Positions 19,617 to 30,300 of a DNA stretch of 64,000 nucleotides are shown piece after piece. The stretch is from Pseudomonadota bacterium (GTDB lineage Bacteria; Pseudomonadota; Gammaproteobacteria; JAKAQQ01), in NCBI GenBank assembly GCA_027320085.1, contig DAHVLZ010000018.1, forward strand, positions 1 through 64,000, given 5' to 3'. Positions within the stretch are counted from its first letter, which is position 1, and each line of letters starts with the position of its first letter. The notes beneath the pieces are model-generated. The model was not told the DNA's origin. It saw only the letters and a list, made by a program, of their open reading frames with translations, and searched no databases. The position numbers were made by a program, and so were the translations under genes.

Positions 19617-20600
19617 ATGAAAAAGAGTGTGATTTTTGTTTCCCTCTTCGGACTGATTCTGACCGTCTGGCCGGCAAGCTCGTCCCGTGCTGCCAACAAT
19701 GTCGCCATGGACCTTTGCACGAGCTGTACGACTGCGGCCCAGTTCCAGGATTACGCCATGGGACACATCCCCTCTGGGGCCTATTTCTGGACTTCGGCAG
19801 GGGAGCGGATGGAGGTCGAGTTTTTCATCTTCAATCCGAACCAGTCGCTGGCTTCCATCATCACCGCCCACGGACCCTGTTTGGCGACGGTAGACGGAGG
19901 GCTTTGCACCTGGCACATCATGTGGGACGACATGACGGGAACGACCACCGAGGAGCAGAGCACCTTCTCGGAACTCGCGCCCTCGATGTCCGTCTACCTC
20001 CCCTCGAGCGTGGCCAATACCTTTACCGGGACGTCTCAGGAGGCAGCCGTCTCCTCCTGGCTGGAGACGAATCTGGCCTCGGCGGATCCTCCCTTGAACT
20101 TCGTGATCATGACGATCTTTCCAGACGAATCGAACGCGGAGTATCAGGTGACTGCGACCGATCCCCTGACGTTCAGTCTGGTGGCCGGCAGCGGGCATGC
20201 GGGTAACGGGGAGCCCGAAAATGACTCGGGGGAGCCGGTCGCGGCCACGGGTGTCGACGTGCTGACCCCCCCAGCGAGTTTTAATATAGAGCAGCAGGTC
20301 CAGGCGACCATCGCCCTGGAACAGAAGGAGGATTCGTTTGACATGGGAGCATCGCCGGGATTGGGGAGCGCTGGCGTTTCGGGTGGGACCGGAAGTTTGT
20401 CGCTAAAGTATACAAGTCTTGGGTTTAGCGGAATGTCGAACCCCCCTGCTCCATTGTCCAATGGCAATGCTGAACAAGGTGCTTTCTCGGCTTTTGAGCT
20501 AAACGCAGGCGGTATGACGTCTTTTGATATCTTGGTCTGTACAGATGGTGGCCATACAAAAATTTGTGCTCCTCCGACAACTCCACCGAAGGGAACTTAA
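19617..20600 (+). CDS. Secreted acidic hypothetical protein with six Cys
   Basis: AGGAGA RBS; signal peptide MKKSVIF...SRA; CTSC and two more Cys pairs; no family recognised. Confidence 0.75.
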   Translation: MKKSVIFVSLFGLILTVWPASSSRAANNVAMDLCTSCTTAAQFQDYAMGHIPSGAYFWTSAGERMEVEFFIFNPNQSLASIITAHGPCLATVDGGLCTWHIMWDDMTGTTTEEQSTFSELAPSMSVYLPSSVANTFTGTSQEAAVSSWLETNLASADPPLNFVIMTIFPDESNAEYQVTATDPLTFSLVAGSGHAGNGEPENDSGEPVAATGVDVLTPPASFNIEQQVQATIALEQKEDSFDMGASPGLGSAGVSGGTGSLSLKYTSLGFSGMSNPPAPLSNGNAEQGAFSAFELNAGGMTSFDILVCTDGGHTKICAPPTTPPKGT

Positions 20601-20646
20601 TCGTGGAGAGAAATGCCTGAGTGGCGAGTTACCAAACGAGGCTTCA

Positions 20647-21642
20647 ATGAGCCGAAAAGATCAGCGCCTGACAGATCGGGGTTTTGTTCGGGTCGCCTTG
20701 ATGCTCATGGGATCTGTGCTCCTGGTGGCCACCTCAGTCGCCCGTTCCCTCCCTATTCTGTTCTCCCCGCCCCTGCACTATCAGGTACTGCGCAAGCTGG
20801 GTCAACGGGGGAAACTGGGCTATACGGAAAGATTGTTGCCGCCGGGCGAGTTTGGAACATCGCTCTTCTTACATGAAGAGATTGGCAGTAATGGAGCGGC
20901 CCGGAACCGATCGGTTCTGACGCACTGGTTGCAGGAAGCCCGAAAGCTGGGCGCCAATGCCTTGCTTCTGAGACCCTTTGGAAAGCCTGCGGTCCCTCAG
21001 TATGAGGCAGAGGCCATCCGGGTCCGGAGGTCACCCTGTACTTTGCCTTTCCAGTGCTGGTCGGTGAGAACGATCATCACCGGTTCGCAACAGTTAAGAC
21101 ATGTAAGACATGAAGATGGAAGCCACATCACTTCTTTCCGGCGAGCCTTTGGGGTGAGCATTGCGGTCGGCCCCCCGACCCGCATGGCCCTCAAGGACCG
21201 GAGCGGGACCTTGCAAAGCTCCGTGCAAGGCCATCTGCGCTGCCCGGTCCGGCTAGCAGGATCCTATTTCCCGACGATCCTGCCGACCCTTGCCTCAGCA
21301 GTGGTGGGTGCCGATGGACAGGTCGCGACGAGGCGGTTGATCATTTTCCGGATTGGGGGGGACATGGGGACCAACCAGATGATTGCGTATTTCCTCCGTC
21401 ACTGGCGCTTTACGGGAAGAGGAACCAGTCCCCCTCCTGTGCATCTTCTCATGGACTGGCATCTCGTTCCGCTCGAGAAGGGTCAGCCCCTTCCCCAGGG
21501 CGTCGTTTGTGTATACCCGGTCTACCCGGCATCCGGCTGGTCTCGCGGAAAGATGATCCGGCACTTGCGCTGGCCGGTCTATACGCTCCGGGAGGGGGGA
21601 AAGAAGGAGTTCTTCGCCGCCAACCCGGTCCAGGCCCGGTAG
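20647..21642 (+). CDS. Exported hypothetical protein with YbjQ-like and TonB-C-terminal-like segments
   Basis: N-terminal hydrophobic segment; EARKLGANALLL; AVVGADGQV...WRF...PV. Confidence 0.6.
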   Translation: MSRKDQRLTDRGFVRVALMLMGSVLLVATSVARSLPILFSPPLHYQVLRKLGQRGKLGYTERLLPPGEFGTSLFLHEEIGSNGAARNRSVLTHWLQEARKLGANALLLRPFGKPAVPQYEAEAIRVRRSPCTLPFQCWSVRTIITGSQQLRHVRHEDGSHITSFRRAFGVSIAVGPPTRMALKDRSGTLQSSVQGHLRCPVRLAGSYFPTILPTLASAVVGADGQVATRRLIIFRIGGDMGTNQMIAYFLRHWRFTGRGTSPPPVHLLMDWHLVPLEKGQPLPQGVVCVYPVYPASGWSRGKMIRHLRWPVYTLREGGKKEFFAANPVQAR

Positions 21643-21899
21643 GGGAAGCAAATTTAGCAAGAGCAGGTCTTGCTCATTTCCCCGCACAGACGATGGAGAT
21701 CTTGATCCAGTCTCTTCTCGAGCTTGAAGCTCCACCGTGTCGTAGTCACGGGGATCTGGCAATCCTATGATTTTTCTTTGGAATCGCGTTACCTGATGGT
21801 GCTAAGCGGTTCGCTACTGTAGCCCCTCAATATGTACCGATCCATGGGACTTTCAGGGAGCGGCTTGGCGGGACGGTAACATGCCGCTAGACTGCCTGC

Positions 21900-22679
21900 A
21901 TGCGGATTCTGACCCTGAACGTCAACGGACTCCGGGCGGCTGCGCGCAAGGGGCTCTTCGACTGGCTGCCTGGATCGGGGGCGGATATCGTCTGTTTCCA
22001 GGAGACCCGGACCCAGGCCCACCAGCGCGACCCCGCCCTCTGGGAACGGTCCGGGTATACCGCTTTTTTTGCCGATGCGAACCGGCCGGGATATGCCGGG
22101 ACCGCAATTCTCGCCCGCCGCGAGCCGGACGAGGTCGAGACGGGTTTCGGGAATCCGGAGTTCGATGGTGAGGGCCGGCTCGTGGGAGCCCGCTGGGGGG
22201 CGCTCTGGGTGTTCAGCCTGTACGTTCCCTCGGGCTCGCAGGGACCCGAGCGCCAGGCCTCCAAGGACCGTTTCCTCGCGGTCTTTCCGAAAGCGCTCGA
22301 GCGCTTTGCCCAGCGGGGAGGGGTGATCCTCGCCGGCGACTTCAATATCGCCCACCGCGCCATCGATCTCAAAAACGCCCGTGCGAACGAGAAGCACTCC
22401 GGTTTCCTGCCGCATGAGCGTGCCTGGATGGATCGGCTCTTTGCCGAGTCGAGCACTTTCTCCGATGCCTTCCGGCAGGTCGACCCCCACCCGGGCCGTT
22501 ACACCTTCTGGTCCAACCGGGGACGGGCCTACGAGAAGGACGTGGGCTGGCGCATCGACTACGAGGTCATCACGCGTGATCTCGCACCCGCCGTCCGTTC
22601 AGCCGAAATCCTTCGTGCCCTGCGCTTCTCCGACCACGCCCCCCTCCTCATCGACTATGCGCTGGCGGGATTTTCGTGA
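21900..22679 (+). CDS. xth: Exodeoxyribonuclease III family AP endonuclease
   Basis: NVNGLRA, QET, GDFNIAH, GWRIDY, SDHAP. Confidence 0.93.
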   Translation: MRILTLNVNGLRAAARKGLFDWLPGSGADIVCFQETRTQAHQRDPALWERSGYTAFFADANRPGYAGTAILARREPDEVETGFGNPEFDGEGRLVGARWGALWVFSLYVPSGSQGPERQASKDRFLAVFPKALERFAQRGGVILAGDFNIAHRAIDLKNARANEKHSGFLPHERAWMDRLFAESSTFSDAFRQVDPHPGRYTFWSNRGRAYEKDVGWRIDYEVITRDLAPAVRSAEILRALRFSDHAPLLIDYALAGFS

Positions 22680-23965
22680 CCAGCCCCATCCCGCCCCGAA
22701 GACGGTTCGACTGGCGGGCGCTCTTGACCCGCCGGATGCTGGTCGCCCTGCTCATGGGTTTCTCCTCCGGCCTGCCGCTCCTCCTCACGAGCACGCTGCT
22801 CCAGGCCTGGCTCACCCGCGATGGCATCAATCTCGGCGTGATCGGGCTCTTCTCCCTGGTGGGTCTGCCCTATACGCTCGAGTTCGTCTGGGCTCCCTTT
22901 TTCGACCGTTTCAAGCTTCGGATTCTCGGGCGTCGACGTGGCTGGCTGCTCATCACCCAACTCGCACTCACCGTCTCCATTGCCGCCATGGCGCTCCTCG
23001 ATCCCCACAGGGACCTTCTGGCCGTGGCCTGTCTGTGTCTTTTGATCGCTTTCTGCTCCGCCTCGCAGGATACGGTGATCAACGCCTACCGCCGGGAATC
23101 TTTGGCTGACGACGAGCAGGGCTTCGGGGCCTCCCTCTACGTGAATGGTTATCGCATCGCCATGCTGGTGGTTTCCGGGGGCGGGCTCGTCCTCGTGCAT
23201 TTCATCGGCTTCCGTTCGGTTTACCTCGTCATGGCCGCCCTGATGTCGGTGGGCGTCCTCACGACGGTCTTGGCCCGCGAGCCAGCCCTCATCGCACCGC
23301 TTCCGCGCGGGCTGCGCCAGAGTGTCATCGAACCCCTCCTGTCCTACTTCAAGCGACCGGATGCGGTCTGGGTGCTCATCTTCTTCCTCCTGTACAAGGT
23401 GGGAGATCTCGTAGCCTCGAACATGACGATTCCCTTCTATCTCAAGATGGGCTACACGAACCTCACGATCGGCCTCGTTGTCAAGGCGTTCGGATTCTGG
23501 GCGATTGTGGCGGGTGGGCTTTTGGGCGGTGCCCTCATGCTCCGGATCGGCACCTACCGCGCACTCTTCTGGTTCGGACTGCTTCAGGCGCTGGCCACCG
23601 GGAGCTTTGCCCTCCTCACCCTGACCGGTCCCTCGGTCCGGGCACTCGCCCTCGTGATCAGCAGCGAGAATCTGACCCTCGGCATGAGCACGGCAGCCTT
23701 TGTCGGCTTCATGGCCCTCATGACCGACCGGCGGTTCACGGCCACCCAGTTCGCACTCCTCACGAGCCTCATGGGAGTGCCCCGGGTCATCCTGTCGTCG
23801 CCGAGCGGCTATCTGGCGCTTGCCCTGGGCTGGGCTCCCTTTTTCCTCGCCTGCGGACTCATGGCCGCACCCGGACTCTTGATCCTCCGGCGGTTCCGAC
23901 GCTGGCTCGAGACCGGGCCTGTCCCTCCGGCCGGTGCCGAGAGCGTGGGGGCTCTGATAGAATAG
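22676..23965 (+). CDS. ampG: Muropeptide MFS permease
   Basis: GFSSGLP, GRRRGW, SASQD.VI.AYR.E, TATQFALLTSL. Confidence 0.93.
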   Translation: MTSPIPPRRRFDWRALLTRRMLVALLMGFSSGLPLLLTSTLLQAWLTRDGINLGVIGLFSLVGLPYTLEFVWAPFFDRFKLRILGRRRGWLLITQLALTVSIAAMALLDPHRDLLAVACLCLLIAFCSASQDTVINAYRRESLADDEQGFGASLYVNGYRIAMLVVSGGGLVLVHFIGFRSVYLVMAALMSVGVLTTVLAREPALIAPLPRGLRQSVIEPLLSYFKRPDAVWVLIFFLLYKVGDLVASNMTIPFYLKMGYTNLTIGLVVKAFGFWAIVAGGLLGGALMLRIGTYRALFWFGLLQALATGSFALLTLTGPSVRALALVISSENLTLGMSTAAFVGFMALMTDRRFTATQFALLTSLMGVPRVILSSPSGYLALALGWAPFFLACGLMAAPGLLILRRFRRWLETGPVPPAGAESVGALIE

Positions 23966-23989
23966 GGAAGATTCACGACCCGGGGATGT

Positions 23990-25216
23990 ATGCGTTCTCC
24001 AACCGGGCCGGAGGGTGTTCCTCCGGCCAGTCAGATCGAAGACTACCTGGTCTTCGGTGAGTTCGGCGAGGTCAACCCCTCGATCTCGGATGGATCCACC
24101 TTCACCTTCCTCGATCCCGAGAAGCTCAAGGCCATCTTTCATGGGCCGGTTCCGGGCTGTCACCTCTACTCCCGCTTGGATAGCCCCTCGACCCGGGTTC
24201 TGGCTCATGCCCTGGCCCTCATGGAGGAGATGCCCGCGGCCCACGTCACGGCTTCCGGCATGGCGGCGATCGCCTGCACGCTCTTCAACTTCTGCACGCA
24301 AGGGGCGGAGATCGTCTCCGACCGGCTGGTCTACGGGGGGACCTATGCCCTCCTCAAGAACTTCCTGCCGCGTCTCGGGATCTGTACGCGCTTCGTCGAT
24401 TTCACCGACCCGGATCAAGTGCGCCAAGCCCTGACCCCCAAGACCCGGGTGCTTTATTGCGAGAGCCTGAGCAACCCCCTCCTCAGGGCCCCCGATCTCG
24501 GCCGGATGGCGGAGATCGCGCACGGCGTGGGTGCCCGCTTCGTGGTGGACAACACCTTCGCCCCGCTCATCTTCACACCCCGGAGACAGGGGGCGGATGT
24601 GGTCATCCACAGTCTGACCAAGTTCATCAACGGGATGAGCGATTGCGTGGCCGGTGTGATCACGGCGGAAGAGTCCGTGATCGGCGAGCTTTCGGATGCC
24701 TCGAACGGGGCCAGCATGCTGCTCGGCCCCACGCTTGATGGTGCGCGGGCGGCATCCATCTACAAGAATCTCCACACCCTGCCGGTGCGTCTCCTCCAGC
24801 ACGGCAAAAATGCCGGTGCACTGGCCGATCGTCTGGTGGGGGCGGGTCTCCGGGTTTCCTATCCGGGGCTTCCGAACTATCCCGACCGGGCGGTCTGGCA
24901 ACGACAGGCGGATTCCCGGATGGGTTACGGCGGCATGATGACGATCGATCTCGGCGAGGAGAGCCGGGCCCAAAAACTCATGCTGGCGCTCCAGTCCCAA
25001 AGGGTCGGTCTGCTTGCGGTCAGCCTGGGCTATTACCGGACGCTGTTCAGCCCCCCCGGATCGAGCACTTCCTCGGAAATCCCGGAAGCCGACCGGACGG
25101 CCATCGGTCTCGGCCCCGGGCTCATCCGTTTTTCGGTGGGCCTCGATTTCGATCTCGAGCGGACCTGGAAACGCTTTGAAACCTGCCTTCGGACGGTGGG
25201 AGTGATCGCATCCTGA
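23990..25216 (+). CDS. PLP-dependent Cys/Met lyase, methionine gamma-lyase-like
   Basis: ASGMAAI, YGGT, DNTF, PLP lysine in HSLTKF, AVSLG. Confidence 0.88.
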   Translation: MRSPTGPEGVPPASQIEDYLVFGEFGEVNPSISDGSTFTFLDPEKLKAIFHGPVPGCHLYSRLDSPSTRVLAHALALMEEMPAAHVTASGMAAIACTLFNFCTQGAEIVSDRLVYGGTYALLKNFLPRLGICTRFVDFTDPDQVRQALTPKTRVLYCESLSNPLLRAPDLGRMAEIAHGVGARFVVDNTFAPLIFTPRRQGADVVIHSLTKFINGMSDCVAGVITAEESVIGELSDASNGASMLLGPTLDGARAASIYKNLHTLPVRLLQHGKNAGALADRLVGAGLRVSYPGLPNYPDRAVWQRQADSRMGYGGMMTIDLGEESRAQKLMLALQSQRVGLLAVSLGYYRTLFSPPGSSTSSEIPEADRTAIGLGPGLIRFSVGLDFDLERTWKRFETCLRTVGVIAS

Positions 25217-25243
25217 AGGCGGCCCGGATCCATCCCGGAGGAC

Positions 25244-26899
25244 TTATTCCACGATCGGGTGGGCGGGTTTGACCCCCTTCTTCTGGCGCAGGAGGAAGAC
25301 CAGAGGAATCATGGCGAGTGAGATCACTCCCATGACCTTGAAGTCATCGATATAGGCGAGCATGTTCGACTGCTGGAGCAGGTTCCGGTAGAGGAACCCC
25401 ATCGCCGCTCCGGAAGAGGTTTTGCCGGCCTGGATACCCTGTGCGAAGGCACTGTGTGCCTTCGCGAGGTAGGTTTGCAGGTTCGGATTGAAGGGATTGA
25501 TGTGCCGGACAAGCACGCTTTGGTGGAACTGGGCCTGGCGCAGGAGGATGGTCGTCGCGATGGAGATCCCGAAACTGCCGCCAATGTTGCGCGACATGTT
25601 GATGATGGCCGAGGCGTTGCTTGATTTGGTGACAGGAATGCCCGAGAAGGCCACCGTATTGATGGGAATGAACAAAAACGCCATTCCGGAGCCCTGAAGA
25701 ATCCGGATCCACATGAGGGTTCGGAAGTTGGTCTGGGTGTCGAGGCCCGTCATGGTAAACATGGCGAGCGCAAGGATCAGGAAACCGAAGCCCACGAGCC
25801 AGCGGGCATCCAGGCGTCCCGTGAGCTGGCCCACGAGCGGCATGAGCAGCATGATGACGAGTCCACCGGGTGACAGCATGAGACCGGCTTGGACGGCCGT
25901 GTAGCCCATGAGCGACTGGACGTAGAGTGGCAGGAGGACCGTGGTTCCGAGCAGCACAAAACCCAGCATGAACATGAGGAGGTTCGCGGCCGCGAAGGAG
26001 GGGCTGCGGAAAAGCTGGAGATCAACGATCGGGTCGTTCCGGGTCCACTCCCAGACGACGAAGCCAACCAGGGTGAGGATCGCGACTGTCGACATCGCCA
26101 AAATGAACCGGGAACCGAACCAGTCGTCCTGTTGTCCCCGGTCGAGCACCACCTGCAGGGTACCCAGCCCCAGAGCGATCAGACTGAAGCCGATGTAATC
26201 GAGCCGGAAACCGTTTTTCCGGCGGTGGTTCCGCGTTTCCGCGAAATGGGGCGGGTCGCGGACCAGGGACTGGATGAACGGGAGGATCAGGAAACCAACC
26301 GGGACGTTGATCAAAAAGACCCAACGCCAGCTCATGTGGTCGGTGATCCAACCGCCCAGAGTGGGGCCGATGGCCGGTGCGAATACCACGGCCATCCCGT
26401 ACAGGGCGAAGGCCATCCCGCGCTTTTCGGCGGGGGCCGCATCGGAGAGGATCGCCTGGGCGTTGGGCTGTAATCCGCCACCGACGAGCCCCTGGATGGC
26501 ACGAAACAGGATCAGGGAACCCAGCGTGGGGGCAAGTCCGCTCAGGAGCGAGGCAATGCTGAAGGCACCCACACTCGCCATGAAGTAGCGTTTGCGGCCG
26601 AAGGTGGCGGCCAGCCATCCGCTGAGGGGGAGGATGATCGCGTTGGTGACGGTATAGGAGGTGAGGACCCAGGTCGCCTGGCTCTTCGACGCGGAGAGAC
26701 TGCCTGCGATATGGAGGAGCGAGACATTGGCAATCGAGAGGTCGAGCACCTCCATGAAGGCGGCCATGGCCACGACCGGGGCAATGGCCCAGAACCGGAC
26801 CGGCCGGGCCTCGGACGGATCCAGTTTGTCGGTCGAAAGGGCAGGGGCGGCTTCCACGGGGGCTCTCGGGATGGTGAACCGGAGCCCGTAGCCGTCCAC
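25244..26899 (-). CDS. DHA2 (EmrB/QacA) MFS efflux permease
   Basis: FMEVLD.SIANV, APAIGPTLGG, WRWVFLINVP, RNIGGSFG; start uncertain. Confidence 0.92.
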   Translation of the reverse strand: MDGYGLRFTIPRAPVEAAPALSTDKLDPSEARPVRFWAIAPVVAMAAFMEVLDLSIANVSLLHIAGSLSASKSQATWVLTSYTVTNAIILPLSGWLAATFGRKRYFMASVGAFSIASLLSGLAPTLGSLILFRAIQGLVGGGLQPNAQAILSDAAPAEKRGMAFALYGMAVVFAPAIGPTLGGWITDHMSWRWVFLINVPVGFLILPFIQSLVRDPPHFAETRNHRRKNGFRLDYIGFSLIALGLGTLQVVLDRGQQDDWFGSRFILAMSTVAILTLVGFVVWEWTRNDPIVDLQLFRSPSFAAANLLMFMLGFVLLGTTVLLPLYVQSLMGYTAVQAGLMLSPGGLVIMLLMPLVGQLTGRLDARWLVGFGFLILALAMFTMTGLDTQTNFRTLMWIRILQGSGMAFLFIPINTVAFSGIPVTKSSNASAIINMSRNIGGSFGISIATTILLRQAQFHQSVLVRHINPFNPNLQTYLAKAHSAFAQGIQAGKTSSGAAMGFLYRNLLQQSNMLAYIDDFKVMGVISLAMIPLVFLLRQKKGVKPAHPIVE

Positions 26900-27321
26900 T
26901 CGGGGGCGGTGATCCTCGGGGCCGGTCTAGGGAAGTCCGGATAGTAGCGGATTGGTGAGGGGGAGGCAAGCTGCAAGGCCAAACCAAGGGGCCAATCTGG
27001 ACCTCGGAGCGGGAGTGGTTCCGACTCGTTACATCAACTGATAGGAAGACAGAAAAACCCCGCTACCCGTGAAGCACCCCACAAAAACACGGGCGGTCAT
27101 CCTTCCTCTCCAAACAGGCCAGCCAGCGCCGGGGTTCGTTACACGGGCACCACGTCCTCCCATGGTCAGCCTCTCCTTGGCGGCGGGAGGAGGGCGTGCG
27201 CAAGAAGCGGATAAGCTGCTAACATTGGGTGGAAAACCAAGCGAAGGGTGTGTCTTGCGAGCACCTCTCTCGTGCTCGCGACCGCCCGTTGAGATCTTCC
27301 ATGACAGGCTGGAGATTGCCC

Positions 27322-30300
27322 ATGCGAGTGCGTGCTGCTTCGATGCTGGTCTTTGGGGCGGCTTTTGCCGCATTCGGATGTGCCGTGGTCGAGGCGATGC
27401 CGGTATCCGGAATCGCCCATGTGCCCGCCATTGATTATCAAGCACTCAAATGGCGCTTGATTGGCCCGTTCCGCGCCGGTCGCGTTCTTGCGGTGGCTGG
27501 CGTGCCGGGAAACAGCCGGGTTTTCTACTTTGGCTCCGTCGACGGTGGCGTATGGAAATCGGAAAACGCCGGGCGTACCTGGAAGCCGATTTTTGACCAC
27601 GAACCGGTGGGTTCCATCGGCGCGATCGCCGTCGCGCCTTCCAATCCGGACATCATTTATGTTGGCACGGGCGAAGCGGACATGCGTTCGGATATCGCCC
27701 AGGGCGATGGGATGTACAAGTCCACCGACGCGGGACGGCACTGGACGCACCTGGGATTGGCCGGCACCCGGCAGATTGCCCGCATCATCATCGATCCACA
27801 AAACCCCGATATCGTATTCGTCGCCGCTCTCGGCCATCCCTATGGCCCGAACGCCGAGCGCGGCGTGTTCCGTTCGCTTGATGGGGGCCGGCACTGGCAG
27901 AAGGTGCTCTACCTCAACGAGAACACCGGTGCTGTCGACCTGGCGTTCAAGCCCGGAGATCCCCAGACGATCTATGCGGCACTGTGGCAGACCCGGAGGC
28001 CGCCCTGGAGCGTCTATCCCCCATCGAATGGACCCGGCACTGGCCTCTACGTCTCCCATGACGGCGGCACCCATTGGATGCCCATCCGGGGGCACGGCTT
28101 CCCGGCCCGTCCGGGTCGCATTGGCCTCGCGGTCGCACCGACCCGGCCGGATTGGCTTTATGCGATCGTCGGTGGCACGTGGAGGACCGGGGGTCTTTAT
28201 CGCTCGGAGAACGGCGGGGCAACGTGGCGGCACCTCTCGCGGGATCCCCGGATCACCCAGCGCTGCTGGTACTTCTGTTCGCTGACGGTGGATCCGGCAA
28301 ATGCCGATCGTTTGTACGTGATGGATACCATCGTGCTGCGCTCCAATGATGGTGGAAAGCACTTCATTGCGCTCAAGGGGGACCCCACGGGCGATGACTA
28401 CCATCAGCTGTGGATTGACCCCACCGATCCCCATCGCATGATCTTGGGCAGCGACCAGGGCACCGAGGTCACGCTCGACGGTGGCAAGACCTGGAGCACC
28501 TGGTACAACCAACCGACCGCGCAGGTCTACAAGATCAGCACGGACCATCGCTTCCCGTTCTGGGTATACGGCTCGCAACAGGACTCCGGGTCGTTTGCGC
28601 TGCCGAGTGAGACTATTGGTTACGACGGCATCACGATGGAGAATTTCCGCGAGATCACCCCTGGCGGGGAGAACGGGAATGTGGTCCCTGATCCGGAGAA
28701 TCCCAACATCATCTTTGGTGACGGGACGGGGGAGACCACCTCCGTGCAGAGGCTCAACCTGCATACCGGGCTCGTGCGCGACGTCGATCCGATGCTGGCA
28801 TATCCCAACGCCCGGTACCGGACGGACTGGACGCTGCCTTTGGTCTTCTCTCCATACAACCACAAGACCCTCTATTTCGCGAACCAGTATCTGTTCAGCA
28901 CCAACGACGGCGGGTTGCACTGGACACGGATCAGTCCGGATCTGAGCCGCAAGAACCCGGGCGTGCCGCCGAACCTCGATCCATCGACCGCGAAGGACAA
29001 CATCGACATCGGACCGCGCCGGGGTGTGATCTACTCGATTGCGCCCTCACCGTTCAGCGGCCGGGTGGTCTGGGTGGGAACGGACGACGGCTTGGTCTGG
29101 CGTACCCGGGACGGTGGCGCGAAGTGGATCAATGTGACCCCGAAGGCCCTGACTCCCTGGTCCAAGGTGGCGGGGATTGAGTTGTCGCGTTTCCACCGCG
29201 ACATGGCCTACCTGGCGATTGACCGTCATCGCCTCGATGATGAGACGCCGTACATCTACGTGACTCGCAATGACGGCAGGACCTGGTCCCTCATGACCCA
29301 CGGTATCCCCCGTGATGATTTTGTCAACGTGGTGCGTGAGGACCCGGTGAAGCCGGGGCTCCTCTTCGCCGGTACCGAGTACGGGGTGTTCGTCTCCTTC
29401 GATGATGGGGCCAACTGGCAATCGCTTCAGCTGAACCTGCCCGTGTCATCGGTGCGCGACATCAAGATCCGGGACAACGACCTCGTGCTCGCAACGCACG
29501 GGCGAAGCGTCTGGATCATGGACGACATCACCCCGCTCCGGCAGATGGATGCCGTGCATCCTGGATCCGTCACGTTGTTCAAGCCTGCGCCCGCGATCCT
29601 CGTGAAACCCGCCGGGTTCACCGGGACGCCGTTTCCGAAAAGTGAACCGGCAGCGGCCAATCCGCCGTTCGGCGCCTACATCGACTATGTGCTTCCACGG
29701 AATGTCTCCGGCCCCGTGGTGATCCGTATTCTGGATTCGCGAGGGAAGGTTGTGCGGCGCTACAGCAGCACCGAAAAGTTCATGGCGCCGAATCCCGCGA
29801 AGCTGGATTTCGCGCCGGAGTGGGTCAAGCCTCCGGCCATTCCGGGCGCAACCCCCGGGATGCACCGTCTCGTGTGGGACCTCCACTACGCCGGCTTCAG
29901 TATGCCGGGGGCGCTTGGCCGGGAGGCTCCCGGCGTCTGGGCGCCACCGGGCCTGTATACCGTTGAACTCACCGTGGAAGGCCGGACGTACCGTCAGCCC
30001 CTGCGGGTCGAGATGGACCCGAATATCAAGGTGTCGGAGGCCGCTTTGCTGAGCCAGTTCCACCTGGCACGCAAGATCGGGCGTGCCGAGTTTCAGGCTT
30101 CGCAGGTGGAGTCTGCGGCCGTGAAGGTGCTTGATGCACTGGATACCCGGATGCAGGCGGGAGGGGCAGAACATGGCGCGGTTGCCGCACTCTACCTGCG
30201 GGTACGCTACATCTCCGGCGAACGCCCCTTCCCACAGCACCATATTGGCTTCGGGGGGGCACCGCCGCGTAACCTCAGGAGTCTCGCGATGCTTTCACAG

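Noticed and set aside
21900-22679. Catabolite repression protein Crc
   Set aside because: Same family and similar position, but it cannot be distinguished by eye. The catalytic motifs are intact, so it is kept as xth-like.
26950-27020. Duplicate of the tRNA-Phe 3' end marking an island boundary before the VPS10 gene
   Set aside because: Only a weak TTGGTG..GGGG resemblance, not a convincing att core. The island extent is left undefined.
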